DNA of 64,000 nt from an uncultured delta proteobacterium (GTDB lineage Bacteria > Desulfobacterota > Desulfobacteria > Desulfobacterales > JAHEIW01). The notes under the pieces were generated by a model, which made no database searches, had not been told where the DNA came from, and saw only the letters and a list, made by a program, of their open reading frames with translations. This document shows positions 1-9,072 of this stretch, piece by piece. Where the stretch lies: positions 1 through 64,000 of the forward strand of contig CAVPNL010000012.1 of assembly GCA_963706575.1 (NCBI GenBank), in the 5' to 3' direction. The translations under genes and the position numbers were made by a program. Numbering within the stretch: position 1 is the stretch's first letter; every line of letters starts with the position of its first letter.

Positions 1-30
1 GGTTTAAATGCAAAAACCAGATTCCTATCA

Positions 31-270
31 TGAACCCATCTCAAAAATAGGATTTTGGTTCAAGATCGCGGCGGGGCCGAGCTTTCCAGCGTTGCTGGAC
101 TTACCGCCTGATTAAATCCTCTTTGTGGGTCGTCCCGCGTTGCGGGATTCCCCGTCTGCTCTTATATGCCTTGTGGGTCATAAACCGGAGGCATACGGTT
201 GAATGTCGAGGATTTAAAGCGGGGCACCAACAAAGATATTGGGCCAAAAAACATTTTTGAGATGCGTTCA
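31..270. mobile_element. MITE with ~18-bp terminal inverted repeats (family A)
   Basis: TGAACCCATCTCAAAAAT at 31 and ATTTTTGAGATGCGTTCA ending 270; no coding capacity; related copy at 41608-41761. Confidence 0.7.
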
Positions 271-2058
271 TCTTATGGGCCTAAGCGTGTTGGGAATTCG
301 ATGTTGAAATCGACTCAACCAGATCTGATCAATCCGGTGAGGTGTTTGGCGGGGTTGGATGCGGATCGTGTGATCCCCGGTATGCTTCAAGACAATGGCA
401 ATGGGGTCATCCGTATCACCTGCCCAGCCGTAGACACCGACCGGATGAACATCCAGCCAATTCCCCATCCGGACACTCCTGGTTCGAGTCCCGATTTGAT
501 CGTCCACTTGCGCCCAAACTGAATCCGTATAACCGCTGTTTATATCGGTTTTGCCTCTTAACCAGACGATGTACCGACCCGCCGGCGCCGAAAAACGCAT
601 CTCAACATAAACCTTGGGCTGCGATTCAGCCCGTTGATTCGCTCCTGAGAAAAATTCGATGGCCTGCCCCCTCGAAGCCTCATCATCGTTTACTACACGA
701 ACACCGGTTAAGGATTTATCTGTGATTGATTCGGCGTTCAATAAGATATCCTGTTCAGGATCGTACATTAACGGCATTGCAGAGCGGTTTCCGCTTGGTC
801 CTGCGATTTGATTGATAACCGCAAAGACGATCAATCCGACAAACAGCACATGCAGGATAATCAGGGCTTTCCTTTTCCGAAAGATGTCGAAAAAAGAATG
901 GGTCGTCTTCATCCCGAATAAAAAACGGAACAGCTCAAGTTTCCGAACCAGGAGCATGTAAAGCATCATAATGATAATGAAGGAACTGATAAAAACGATC
1001 AACCACTTTAAGGCATCAGGAATTTCCCAGGTCATTACGAAATAACCGATACCCAGCAAGACGGTCTGGTGCAGAATAAAAAACGGCAGCACACCTTCAT
1101 TGGCATATCGCAGCACTGGACGATCAAAAGTCAGGCGCTTCATGCCAAATCCCAGGATGCAAAATAACCAGCTCCAGGCACTGAAAAAGGAGAGAAGTGT
1201 ATATATCCAATCGCTGATCCCGACCGGGAAAACCACACGCGACTGGCTAAACAACTGGTATAGGTATGCGGTCGATAAAACCACGCCCAGTAAAAGAGAA
1301 ATCCAGCGCTGATTCAAAATATGCTGCTGGAGTCGGTCGCTGGAAACAATCATGAATCCTGAAATCAGAAACCAGAGATAATACAGAAATCCCCAACCAC
1401 CGGAGCCGGCGTTCAGAACAGACTGTGGAATAAGCGCTTTCATAATCAATAGCGGAATTGAAAACCATAGATACATCAATCCCGGTACGGCAAACAATCT
1501 TGTGATCCGATTCAGAATCTCCCGCCCGTTTCCTTTTAGCCAGATAAACAAGCGATAGCAAATCAGGCTGTAGATAAATAAAAAGAACAAATACCAGAGA
1601 TGCATCCCGTGCCAGGCGTAATTCCCCGGCATGTCTATTCCCAAATAAACACCGTTGAAATACCCGGGCAAGAATGAAAAGAATGATCCTGAGAATTGAC
1701 CATGTGTTAATCGCTCCAGGTATACTTGCAAGGCGCTATGTGTGACCGATGCGACCAGGATCGGAATCATCAGTCTCATAAACTTATCAACATAGAATCT
1801 TGACCAGCCGCCGGATTTTTCGATGGCATGGAACAAACTCGCACCGGAGATGATGAAAAAAAGAGGCATCATCCAGCGGGTGGTAAAAACGTTCCATATC
1901 TCTACCCAGACAAAAGTGTTGATATTCTTAACGTGCCAATCACCCAGATCAAAAAATCGGCTGCTGTGATAAACAAATACGAACAAAATGGCCAAAACGC
2001 GCAACCAGTCAAGTTCATATCTTCTACGAGAAGTGTCTGAAGTCATAGGAAACCTCAT
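268..2058 (-). CDS. Acyltransferase family 3 (OpgC/MdoC-like) with C-terminal CBM-like beta-sandwich
   Basis: RRYELDWLR, WMMPLFFIISG, HLWYL and FFILHQTV motifs; about 11 TM segments; hydrophilic ~170-aa C-terminal domain. Confidence 0.85.
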   Translation of the reverse strand: MRFPMTSDTSRRRYELDWLRVLAILFVFVYHSSRFFDLGDWHVKNINTFVWVEIWNVFTTRWMMPLFFIISGASLFHAIEKSGGWSRFYVDKFMRLMIPILVASVTHSALQVYLERLTHGQFSGSFFSFLPGYFNGVYLGIDMPGNYAWHGMHLWYLFFLFIYSLICYRLFIWLKGNGREILNRITRLFAVPGLMYLWFSIPLLIMKALIPQSVLNAGSGGWGFLYYLWFLISGFMIVSSDRLQQHILNQRWISLLLGVVLSTAYLYQLFSQSRVVFPVGISDWIYTLLSFFSAWSWLFCILGFGMKRLTFDRPVLRYANEGVLPFFILHQTVLLGIGYFVMTWEIPDALKWLIVFISSFIIIMMLYMLLVRKLELFRFLFGMKTTHSFFDIFRKRKALIILHVLFVGLIVFAVINQIAGPSGNRSAMPLMYDPEQDILLNAESITDKSLTGVRVVNDDEASRGQAIEFFSGANQRAESQPKVYVEMRFSAPAGRYIVWLRGKTDINSGYTDSVWAQVDDQIGTRTRSVRMGNWLDVHPVGVYGWAGDTDDPIAIVLKHTGDHTIRIQPRQTPHRIDQIWLSRFQHRIPNTLRPIR

Positions 2059-2098
2059 AAAAGGAAAGCATATGACTGCATTTAACCCAGTTCATATA

Positions 2099-2114
2099 TA
2101 CAAGTATCTTGCCA
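2099..2114 (-). promoter_or_regulatory. Possible sigma-54 promoter
   Basis: TGGCAA-N5-TTGTA about 40 nt upstream of the acyltransferase start; -12 element deviates. Confidence 0.4.
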
Positions 2115-2520
2115 TTATAACAGATTAAGGCCAGGTTGTAATAGAATGAGAATACCAGAAAAATACCAAAAGTACAGAAAGGCGCAAATATAACAACTCT
2201 TTCGGTGATTCAAAAGTAATGATAAGATATATGCAATTTTAAAGTGTTTATCTATTGCAGATATTAGAAAATATCTGTGTTTTCATCTTATGGGTTGGAC
2301 CATGATACTATTAAAAATGTTAATAAGATAATTTTCACGTCAATTCATTGCGTCGCTCATTCACGTTTCGCGTGAATCACACGTCTGACAACGCGAAGCG
2401 TGATCTAAGTTTGATTCGCCCCGGTCATCCTCTGATAACAAGAATCTCCCTAAAATTTTAAAATCATATTGATAATTTGTAACACGACCGAAGGAAAACA
2501 TTTTGTCAATTACCAACTGT

Positions 2521-3597
2521 TTACTCTACCTTATATATCCAACCATATTTATCTTCCAACTCACCATATTGCATACCAATTAGGATGTCATAAGTTTTCT
2601 GGGTCCACGCACCGGTTTCGTTATTATTAATGACATAATCCTTATCTTTATAACAAATAGTTCCTACCGGGCTTATTGTCGCAGCGGTTCCTGATCCAAA
2701 AGCTTCGGTTAACTTACCTGACTCTATTCCAGCAACAATTTCGTCAATTGAAATTAACCTTTCCTCAACAGCAATATCGAGATCTTCGGCTAATTCAATA
2801 ACTGACTGCCGGGTAACTCCGGGGAGAATGGTACCGTGCAACGGCGGAGTTACAAGTTTTCCGTCGATTACAAAGAAAATATTGTTTGTACCGACCTCTT
2901 CCACATACCGGTGTTCCTTTGCATCAAGCCACAGCACCTGGCTGTAGCCTTTTTGACTGGCTTTGTGGCAGGCAACGATGGTGCCGGCGTAGTTTCCGCC
3001 TGTCTTGGCCTCCCCGGTTCCTCCAGAGGCGGCACGGGTATATTTTTCCTCAGCAATCAGCTTAACCGGATTAAAACCTTCTTTATAAAAGAAACCTACA
3101 GGAGAAAGAATGATGTAGAAAAGATATCTATCCGATGGACAAATTGCTCCTAAAAACATTTCCGTTGCTAGCACCACAGGACGGATATATAGTGATGTCC
3201 CTCTTTGTTTTGGAATCCAACGTTTTTCAATTTTGAGCAATTCACATTCGGCTTGCAGATAAATATCCTCAGGTATGGTGGGCATACCCATCCGCACCAG
3301 AGACCGGTTAATTCTCTTTGCGTTTTTATCCGGCCTGAAAAGCAGAATCTCACCTTCCGGAGACAAGTATGCCTTCTGTCCTTCAAAAACCGCCTGGCTA
3401 TAATGTAATACCATGGTCGCGGGATCAAGCACTAACGGTTGATATGGCTTTATCTCAGCATTGGTCCATTCTTTACCTGGGAGGTACTCCATGGAGAACA
3501 TATGATCGGTAAAGTTTCTCCCAAAATCAAGTTGGCTAGCATCCTTGAACAGTTCTTTTAAGTTCTCAGGTTTTGTTAGTACCTTTTTAATTTCCAT
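2521..3597 (-). CDS. ilvE: Branched-chain amino acid aminotransferase
   Basis: FTDHM, LHYSQAVFEGQKAY, LYIRP, AKTGGNY and ILPGVTRQS motifs. Confidence 0.95.
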   Translation of the reverse strand: MEIKKVLTKPENLKELFKDASQLDFGRNFTDHMFSMEYLPGKEWTNAEIKPYQPLVLDPATMVLHYSQAVFEGQKAYLSPEGEILLFRPDKNAKRINRSLVRMGMPTIPEDIYLQAECELLKIEKRWIPKQRGTSLYIRPVVLATEMFLGAICPSDRYLFYIILSPVGFFYKEGFNPVKLIAEEKYTRAASGGTGEAKTGGNYAGTIVACHKASQKGYSQVLWLDAKEHRYVEEVGTNNIFFVIDGKLVTPPLHGTILPGVTRQSVIELAEDLDIAVEERLISIDEIVAGIESGKLTEAFGSGTAATISPVGTICYKDKDYVINNNETGAWTQKTYDILIGMQYGELEDKYGWIYKVE

Positions 3598-3921
3598 TTT
3601 TATCCCTCCCGCATTCTGTATGCATATAGTGATTAAGGGTGCTTCAGAAATTGCTTAGTTGGATTTTTAAACAAATCGAGAAGATTTAGTCAATCCTTAT
3701 CGAGGGTTCGGGTAAGTTGTGATATCAAATGGCAAAAACCAAATATCACTCGGATTGGGATTAATTGAGAATATTACTAAACCGGGAAACTTGTGATCTG
3801 CATTGATATCAAAGGTAAGCGCAGCTCTCAAGGAAGGGAGGTTGGTGGAGGAAATAAAGTTCAATTAAATTGGAATGGTCGGAACTGCTTTGGCCCAAAT
3901 GATTTAGAAAATACTATCGTC

Positions 3922-5373
3922 TCAGTCCTTATTTTCTGTCATTTTTTTTAATTCAGAATCAATATAGGCTTTAAGCTCTTCCTCAAGAGCCGGATCAATA
4001 AGGGTTTCAGGGGCTGCTGCCAGAATTTCTTTACAGGTTTTATTGGCCCGCTGCACGATGTCCCGGGCTCCCTGCTTTTCCCAGTCACTGTAGCTCCCGC
4101 AATACGAATGTGACGCGCGCCATCGATCGCGGCAGCGCTCGAAGGTGGTGTCGTGTAACAGATAGTTGCCTCCGTGGCCGACCTCTTTAATCATATCGAT
4201 ATTCATATCGCAGTCCGGGCCATCGATGCCCTGCATGATGCGCCTGACGCGACTAATCAGCTCACCATCGATGATGGTCTTCTCGTAAGATACCGTCAGA
4301 ATGTTATCGATAATACCAACCGCTTCGTTGAGCAGGTGTGCGCCGGCCAGCATACCCATCATCAGGTTTTGCATGGTTTCAAAACCGGCCTGATAGTCTA
4401 CGATCTTGGCGTCGGTGATGCCCGTCATGGCCCGGGCCGGTATGTTGTAAAACTGAGTTGCAAGTTGAATGTTGGCGATATTGATGAGCATGCCTTCGGG
4501 TGTGCCGCTAAAGAAATCGCCGCTTCGCAAATCTGCCGCAGTGGCACTGGGACCGTAGACCACCGGCGCTCCGGGCCGGATAATTTGCGCCAGCACGATG
4601 CCGGCCAGAAGTTCCGCGTTTTGCAAAACCACCGTATCCATCAAACCGATCGGTGCAGACACGCCGGCCAGCGGCGCGCACAGCAGATGCACCATCTGAT
4701 TGCGGCGCACATACTGCAGCAATGTCTCCAATGGGTCCCAGGTATAGGTCAACGGACTGGTGGCCCCGATGCTGACGGCGATGCAGTGATGTTGATCCAG
4801 TGTGTTTTTACCCCCCATGGCAATTTCCATCATATCCAGTTGAGCTCGCGCCTGGTCGCCGGTTGTCATAAAACCATTTACGGGTTTATCGGTATGCTTC
4901 AAAATCTCCAGCATCAGGTAAAGGTGCTTGCGGTCCTGGCTGACATCGCCCGGTTCGCAAGGGATCATCCCGACCAGGTCAAAAACGTCCTGTGCCTGAT
5001 AGATTTTCTGCAGGTTTGTATAATCCTGAAGCGTGCCCGGCCTGCGACCGCCATCCAGATCATGGACATATACGGGCCCGGCTGCCGGTTGAACCAGGGG
5101 GCTTTCCCCCATAATCACCGAGCGCTCATTGTTTCTGGCCTGCCATCTAAATTTTTGGGGAGCCAGCTTTATACTGTCTTCAACTAATTTTTCGGGCAGT
5201 CGCACTAAATTGCCTTCTACGATGGCGCCGTGATCTTTAAATAGAGAGAGCACCGCTTCATGACGAAACACAATGCCGGTCTCTGTTAACAACTTCAGGG
5301 TTGCCCGGTGAATTTCCTCAAAGTCATCACCGGATATGACTTCCAATTTGGGCTTCAAAGGCATGATATTCAT
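3922..5373 (-). CDS. mttB: MttB-superfamily corrinoid methyltransferase, non-pyrrolysine
   Basis: RRPGTLQD, VLQNAELLAG, PGAPVVYG and TDAKIVDYQAGFE motifs; no in-frame TAG. Confidence 0.9.
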   Translation of the reverse strand: MNIMPLKPKLEVISGDDFEEIHRATLKLLTETGIVFRHEAVLSLFKDHGAIVEGNLVRLPEKLVEDSIKLAPQKFRWQARNNERSVIMGESPLVQPAAGPVYVHDLDGGRRPGTLQDYTNLQKIYQAQDVFDLVGMIPCEPGDVSQDRKHLYLMLEILKHTDKPVNGFMTTGDQARAQLDMMEIAMGGKNTLDQHHCIAVSIGATSPLTYTWDPLETLLQYVRRNQMVHLLCAPLAGVSAPIGLMDTVVLQNAELLAGIVLAQIIRPGAPVVYGPSATAADLRSGDFFSGTPEGMLINIANIQLATQFYNIPARAMTGITDAKIVDYQAGFETMQNLMMGMLAGAHLLNEAVGIIDNILTVSYEKTIIDGELISRVRRIMQGIDGPDCDMNIDMIKEVGHGGNYLLHDTTFERCRDRWRASHSYCGSYSDWEKQGARDIVQRANKTCKEILAAAPETLIDPALEEELKAYIDSELKKMTENKD

Positions 5374-5531
5374 CCTTAAGAAATATTATTCTAACTTCTC
5401 ATTAATGTTCATGCAAAATTCAGGTATTTAGATCTTATAAAACCATATCAAAATAAAATGTTAGCCCCATGTCAATAGGAAAATATATCATATTTTATTT
5501 AATTTTAATTAGTTATATAGATGAATTCACA

Positions 5532-5595
5532 TTTGGCGAGCATGGTTTTACCCGGGCCGGGCGGGCTGATCATCAGCAAATGATGCTCTCCCCCT
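5532..5595 (-). pseudogene. comM: Isolated fragment of comM/YifB Mg-chelatase-like ATPase (Walker A region)
   Basis: GC-rich patch in AT-rich DNA that translates to GEHHLLMISPPGPGKTMLAK. Confidence 0.65.
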
Positions 5596-6011
5596 GAATA
5601 CCCTGAATTTTGTGATATCCATTTGATATCTGCAATTTTGGTAAAATGCAGATCAATATATCGGTACTTGAATGATATTTGGTTTTCTGGGAAGGAATTT
5701 GCAATTATGTGCAAATTGCAGTTTTGTGGACTCTTATATTTCTAAATCCAATTTTATTTGACACTCTGCCTATTAATGAGGTAAAAAAATTCTTTATTAA
5801 GCAATGATTTCACACTGCATTTGACTTGAAGCATATTTCTGATCTCTCTAAGCAAACCAGATCTCTTATCTCATTCGGCATTCCTCTGAAGAGTTTCAAC
5901 TTCGATTATTTAAGCTGTTAAGAACCTTAACGAAAGTGTGTGACATCATGCATGTAAAGGGAACAATCATTTTTTAATAGGACATCTACAAATCATCCAG
6001 GGGATATTTAA

Positions 6012-7367
6012 ATGATGAAAGTTTTTGCATTTTTTGTAATTTGCTGTGTTTTCACGGGTTGTGCAAATCCGGCCGTAATTAAAACAGGACGAGACCACAG
6101 TACAGTTATGTGTGAAAATTTGAAAAAGAGAGGAAATAGTATTGATCCTGACAACGTTACAAATGGCCATATAAAGGGAAATGGAAAAATTGTATTTGTT
6201 TTTACTGACTGGTGGGATCTAACTCCAAATCGAAATTATACAGCCAAGTGGGAATGGTACAATCCGAATAATTATCTTATTCATAAAAGCTCCCATAATT
6301 TTACACCAACCGCCTCAAATTGGAAAATATGGGGGGGGTTAAAAACAGATTTAAAGCATAATTGGCCTACCGGTCTATGGTCGGTAAAAATGTATATTAA
6401 TGGAAATTTTGTAAGTGAAAAAAAATTTATATTGGCTGACAATGAGAAAGAATTGGCAGAATTAAGTGCTAAGTTTAGTTCAGAACTAGAGCTGGAGCCC
6501 GGAGCCAAGAAAGAAGGTATAAAGCAAGACCAAGGGACCGGGACAATGATCAGCGATTCACTCGATTCGATAACCACTGGCCAAAGCTGGGCAATAATCA
6601 TTGGAATTTCTGAATACAAGTTTGCCGGACAACATGGCTTAAAGAATCTTTTATTTGCAGATGAGGATGCGCGGACATTTGCCTATGCTCTTAAAAATCT
6701 GGGTTGGAATGAAAGCCACCTCAAGCTGCTTGTCAACAAAGAAGCAACTCAGAGAAATATAAAAATTGCTCTTGAGTCGTGGTTAACCAAAGCGGGTCCG
6801 AATGATAAAATCGTTTTATTTTGGGCTGGGCATGGATTTCCAGATCCTGAAGATCCAGAGAGAGTCTATTTTGCCTGTTATGACACGGAAATTTCAATTC
6901 CTGCTACAGGTTATAGAATGGACAGAGTAAGAGCAACTTTAGAAGAAAGAAAGTCACGAAATGTTATTCTTTTCGCTGACACATGCCATGCGGGAAAAAT
7001 AATTACACGAGGCGTGAGAGGATTATCCATTGTGCCTCAAATTGATAAGATGCGTCTAAAAAAAGATATCCCTAAAGGCTGGATATTTATGGTTAGTGCT
7101 GACACTGACCGTCAAGCGATTGAACATAGTTCTTGGACAAATGGGGCATTTACTCACTGTTTGATAAATGCTCTTACTGGTGCGGCAGATGGGTACCAAA
7201 GTGCAGGGCCCAAAGATGGAACAGTTACTATGGGCGAGATAAGGGCTTATCTTACCTCAGTAATGCCCGAGGAAACCCAAAAAATTTTAGGTGTGGCCAA
7301 ATGGCCTGTCATCACGACAGGCACTGGCGATATAGATATATGGAAATTGACATTACAAGCTAGGTAA
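6012..7367 (+). CDS. Caspase-family (peptidase C14) lipoprotein
   Basis: Lipobox FTGC; AIIIGISEY; WAGHG (His) and DTCHAG (Cys) dyad; GAFTHCL. Confidence 0.88.
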   Translation: MMKVFAFFVICCVFTGCANPAVIKTGRDHSTVMCENLKKRGNSIDPDNVTNGHIKGNGKIVFVFTDWWDLTPNRNYTAKWEWYNPNNYLIHKSSHNFTPTASNWKIWGGLKTDLKHNWPTGLWSVKMYINGNFVSEKKFILADNEKELAELSAKFSSELELEPGAKKEGIKQDQGTGTMISDSLDSITTGQSWAIIIGISEYKFAGQHGLKNLLFADEDARTFAYALKNLGWNESHLKLLVNKEATQRNIKIALESWLTKAGPNDKIVLFWAGHGFPDPEDPERVYFACYDTEISIPATGYRMDRVRATLEERKSRNVILFADTCHAGKIITRGVRGLSIVPQIDKMRLKKDIPKGWIFMVSADTDRQAIEHSSWTNGAFTHCLINALTGAADGYQSAGPKDGTVTMGEIRAYLTSVMPEETQKILGVAKWPVITTGTGDIDIWKLTLQAR

Positions 7368-7482
7368 AGAAGACATAAGAACTGCACGCTGTATGCCCAT
7401 ATCTCTTGATATAATGACCGTATCTGAATAGATTCCAGTAAGTTCTATTACAGACTTAGGCAAAAAAGGGGGGGGGGCTTTC

Positions 7483-7866
7483 TTGAGATTATCAAAGCTC
7501 ATACATGTCAAAGAAATAAATTTACGATGTATGTCATATTTTATTCTAATTTTATTAGTTCTTTTATTTCTTGGTTGTGCACATTTAGAAGATGACAAAA
7601 GTCAATCAGCCAAATATATCTACTTAGAATCATCTCCTAACACAAAAATTTTTGTTGATGGAATTTTTATTGGAACGACACCTATAAGTAAAGTTAAAGT
7701 GGATCCCGGTAGTCGTATTGAGCTTAGAGTTGAAGGATACAAAACAAGTTCAATCACAATTGGCAAAGTGTCACCTTCCTCTTTACAAGTCACAAGGGCG
7801 ATAGGTCAAAGATCACTTACAATAAGTGGCTATGGAATTAAAGTGACCATGGAAAAACAAGAGTGA
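7483..7866 (+). CDS. PEGA-domain lipoprotein (start probably ATG at 7531)
   Basis: Lipobox FLGC; ESSPNTKIFVDGIFIGTTP...EGYK pattern. Confidence 0.75.
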   Translation: MRLSKLIHVKEINLRCMSYFILILLVLLFLGCAHLEDDKSQSAKYIYLESSPNTKIFVDGIFIGTTPISKVKVDPGSRIELRVEGYKTSSITIGKVSPSSLQVTRAIGQRSLTISGYGIKVTMEKQE

Positions 7867-8050
7867 TCTGTATAAATCTAATTACATATTCCAACATATC
7901 AGTATTTTTGAAGCTCCAAAATTCTTGTGATATTCATTTTATATCACATGCGGTTATTAAGACCATAACATGAGCAAATGGTAATCGCCCGAAATATGCC
8001 TCAAGCTTTGTGATTTCCTTTCAAGCGTGAAAAATGCTAAGGCAGTTTTA

Positions 8051-8182
8051 ATGAACCTCCCTGCAGCAAGCTGCAGGGTATCAAAATTGATTGAATCTTT
8101 TCCCCTCACCCTAACCCTCTCCCCAGGGAGAGGGAATTAGTGGATGACCCTGCAGCTAGCTGCAGGGAATTATCAAGTTAAA
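8051..8182. mobile_element. Non-autonomous IS200/IS605-like hairpin element with internal REP-like palindrome
   Basis: Hairpins CCCTGCAGCAAGCTGCAGGG and CCCTGCAGCTAGCTGCAGGG flank CCCTCTCCCCAGGGAGAGGG; left part recurs at 16290. Confidence 0.6.
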
Positions 8183-8236
8183 CCCTTGCAGGTAATGCTA
8201 CATAAACTGCCTCAATTTTCTCAAGGGGGGATAAAA

Positions 8237-8536
8237 ATGAAAAATCATACCGAGGGCAAAGAACTCAACCGGATAGAAAAAAGAGCTATAGAGGCCCTGG
8301 CGATTGCGCCATTGATCATGGCGGTGTCCCAGCGCATCGGCTGGGATGAGGCCCTGGCCATTTTGCAGGAAGTCAATCAGCAAGAAGCATTCCAGCGCGG
8401 CCGGAGTCAGGCGGAAGAAATGGGGCGTAACGGCATAGAAGCGTTGGTTATGGGTTCTAACAACTTGGGAGGAAACAGAGACAGTCATGAAAATATGCAT
8501 TTCCTTTCTATTCTTCAGAGGAAATGCATGCATTAA
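8237..8536 (+). pseudogene. Truncated L-2-amino-thiazoline-4-carboxylate hydrolase-like protein
   Basis: IEKRAIEALAIAPLI...GWDEALAILQEVNQQEAFQRGR N-terminus; resemblance lost after about 8450; no Cys-rich C-terminal half. Confidence 0.55.
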
Positions 8537-8541
8537 GGCGG

Positions 8542-8564
8542 AGAGCCCCGAGGGGGCTCTTTTT
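8542..8564 (+). terminator. Intrinsic terminator between convergent genes
   Basis: AGAGCCCC-GAG-GGGGCTCT followed by T run. Confidence 0.65.
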
Positions 8565-9036
8565 ATTCCTGCGTGCCTGTTCCTTGTTTGTCATTTTTGG
8601 CGGAGCCGAATTGTTCCTTTGTCTTCGAGGATGAATTCATCGGTTTTTCTGTTTTCTCGGCGCCCGTTGACAGCATCCGGTCTGTTTTAGAAGCCGCATC
8701 TTCTTTGGGCTTGATCATGCAATTGCCTTCAAAAATGACCCCTGCATCAATCAGTACGATGGGCGCATTGAGGTCACCATAGACGCGCGCCGGGGGGTGA
8801 AGCTCAATGCGCTCTGTGGCGCGAATCGTTCCTTTTATTTCACCGTTAACCGTGGCGCTTCGGACAGAAATATCGGCATGAAGTACCGCATCTTCGCCGA
8901 CAACGATCGCACCGTTGCGGCTTTCAATGGTGCCTTTAGCATGGCCGTTCATAAACAATGAACCTTCGAATACAAGGTTTCCTTCCAGGACCGCCTGCGG
9001 TCCCAGCATTTGAATATCCTTGTCTATGTTTTTCAT
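8563..9036 (-). CDS. Bactofilin (polymer-forming cytoskeletal protein)
   Basis: LEGNLVFEGSLFMNG...VNGEIKGTI...ARVYGDL...IDAGVIFEGNC beta-helix repeats. Confidence 0.92.
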   Translation of the reverse strand: MKNIDKDIQMLGPQAVLEGNLVFEGSLFMNGHAKGTIESRNGAIVVGEDAVLHADISVRSATVNGEIKGTIRATERIELHPPARVYGDLNAPIVLIDAGVIFEGNCMIKPKEDAASKTDRMLSTGAEKTEKPMNSSSKTKEQFGSAKNDKQGTGTQE

Positions 9037-9072
9037 ATGCCTTGTCCTCCCTTTCCGGCCATTCATAAAATG

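Noticed and set aside
478..496. GGTTCGAGTCC, resembling a tRNA T-loop
   Set aside because: Lies antisense within the acyltransferase CDS; no cloverleaf or acceptor stem
4174..5187. 337-aa antisense ORF, and similar shadows at 9115, 38164, 40157 and 56765
   Set aside because: Antisense to well-supported genes and without motifs
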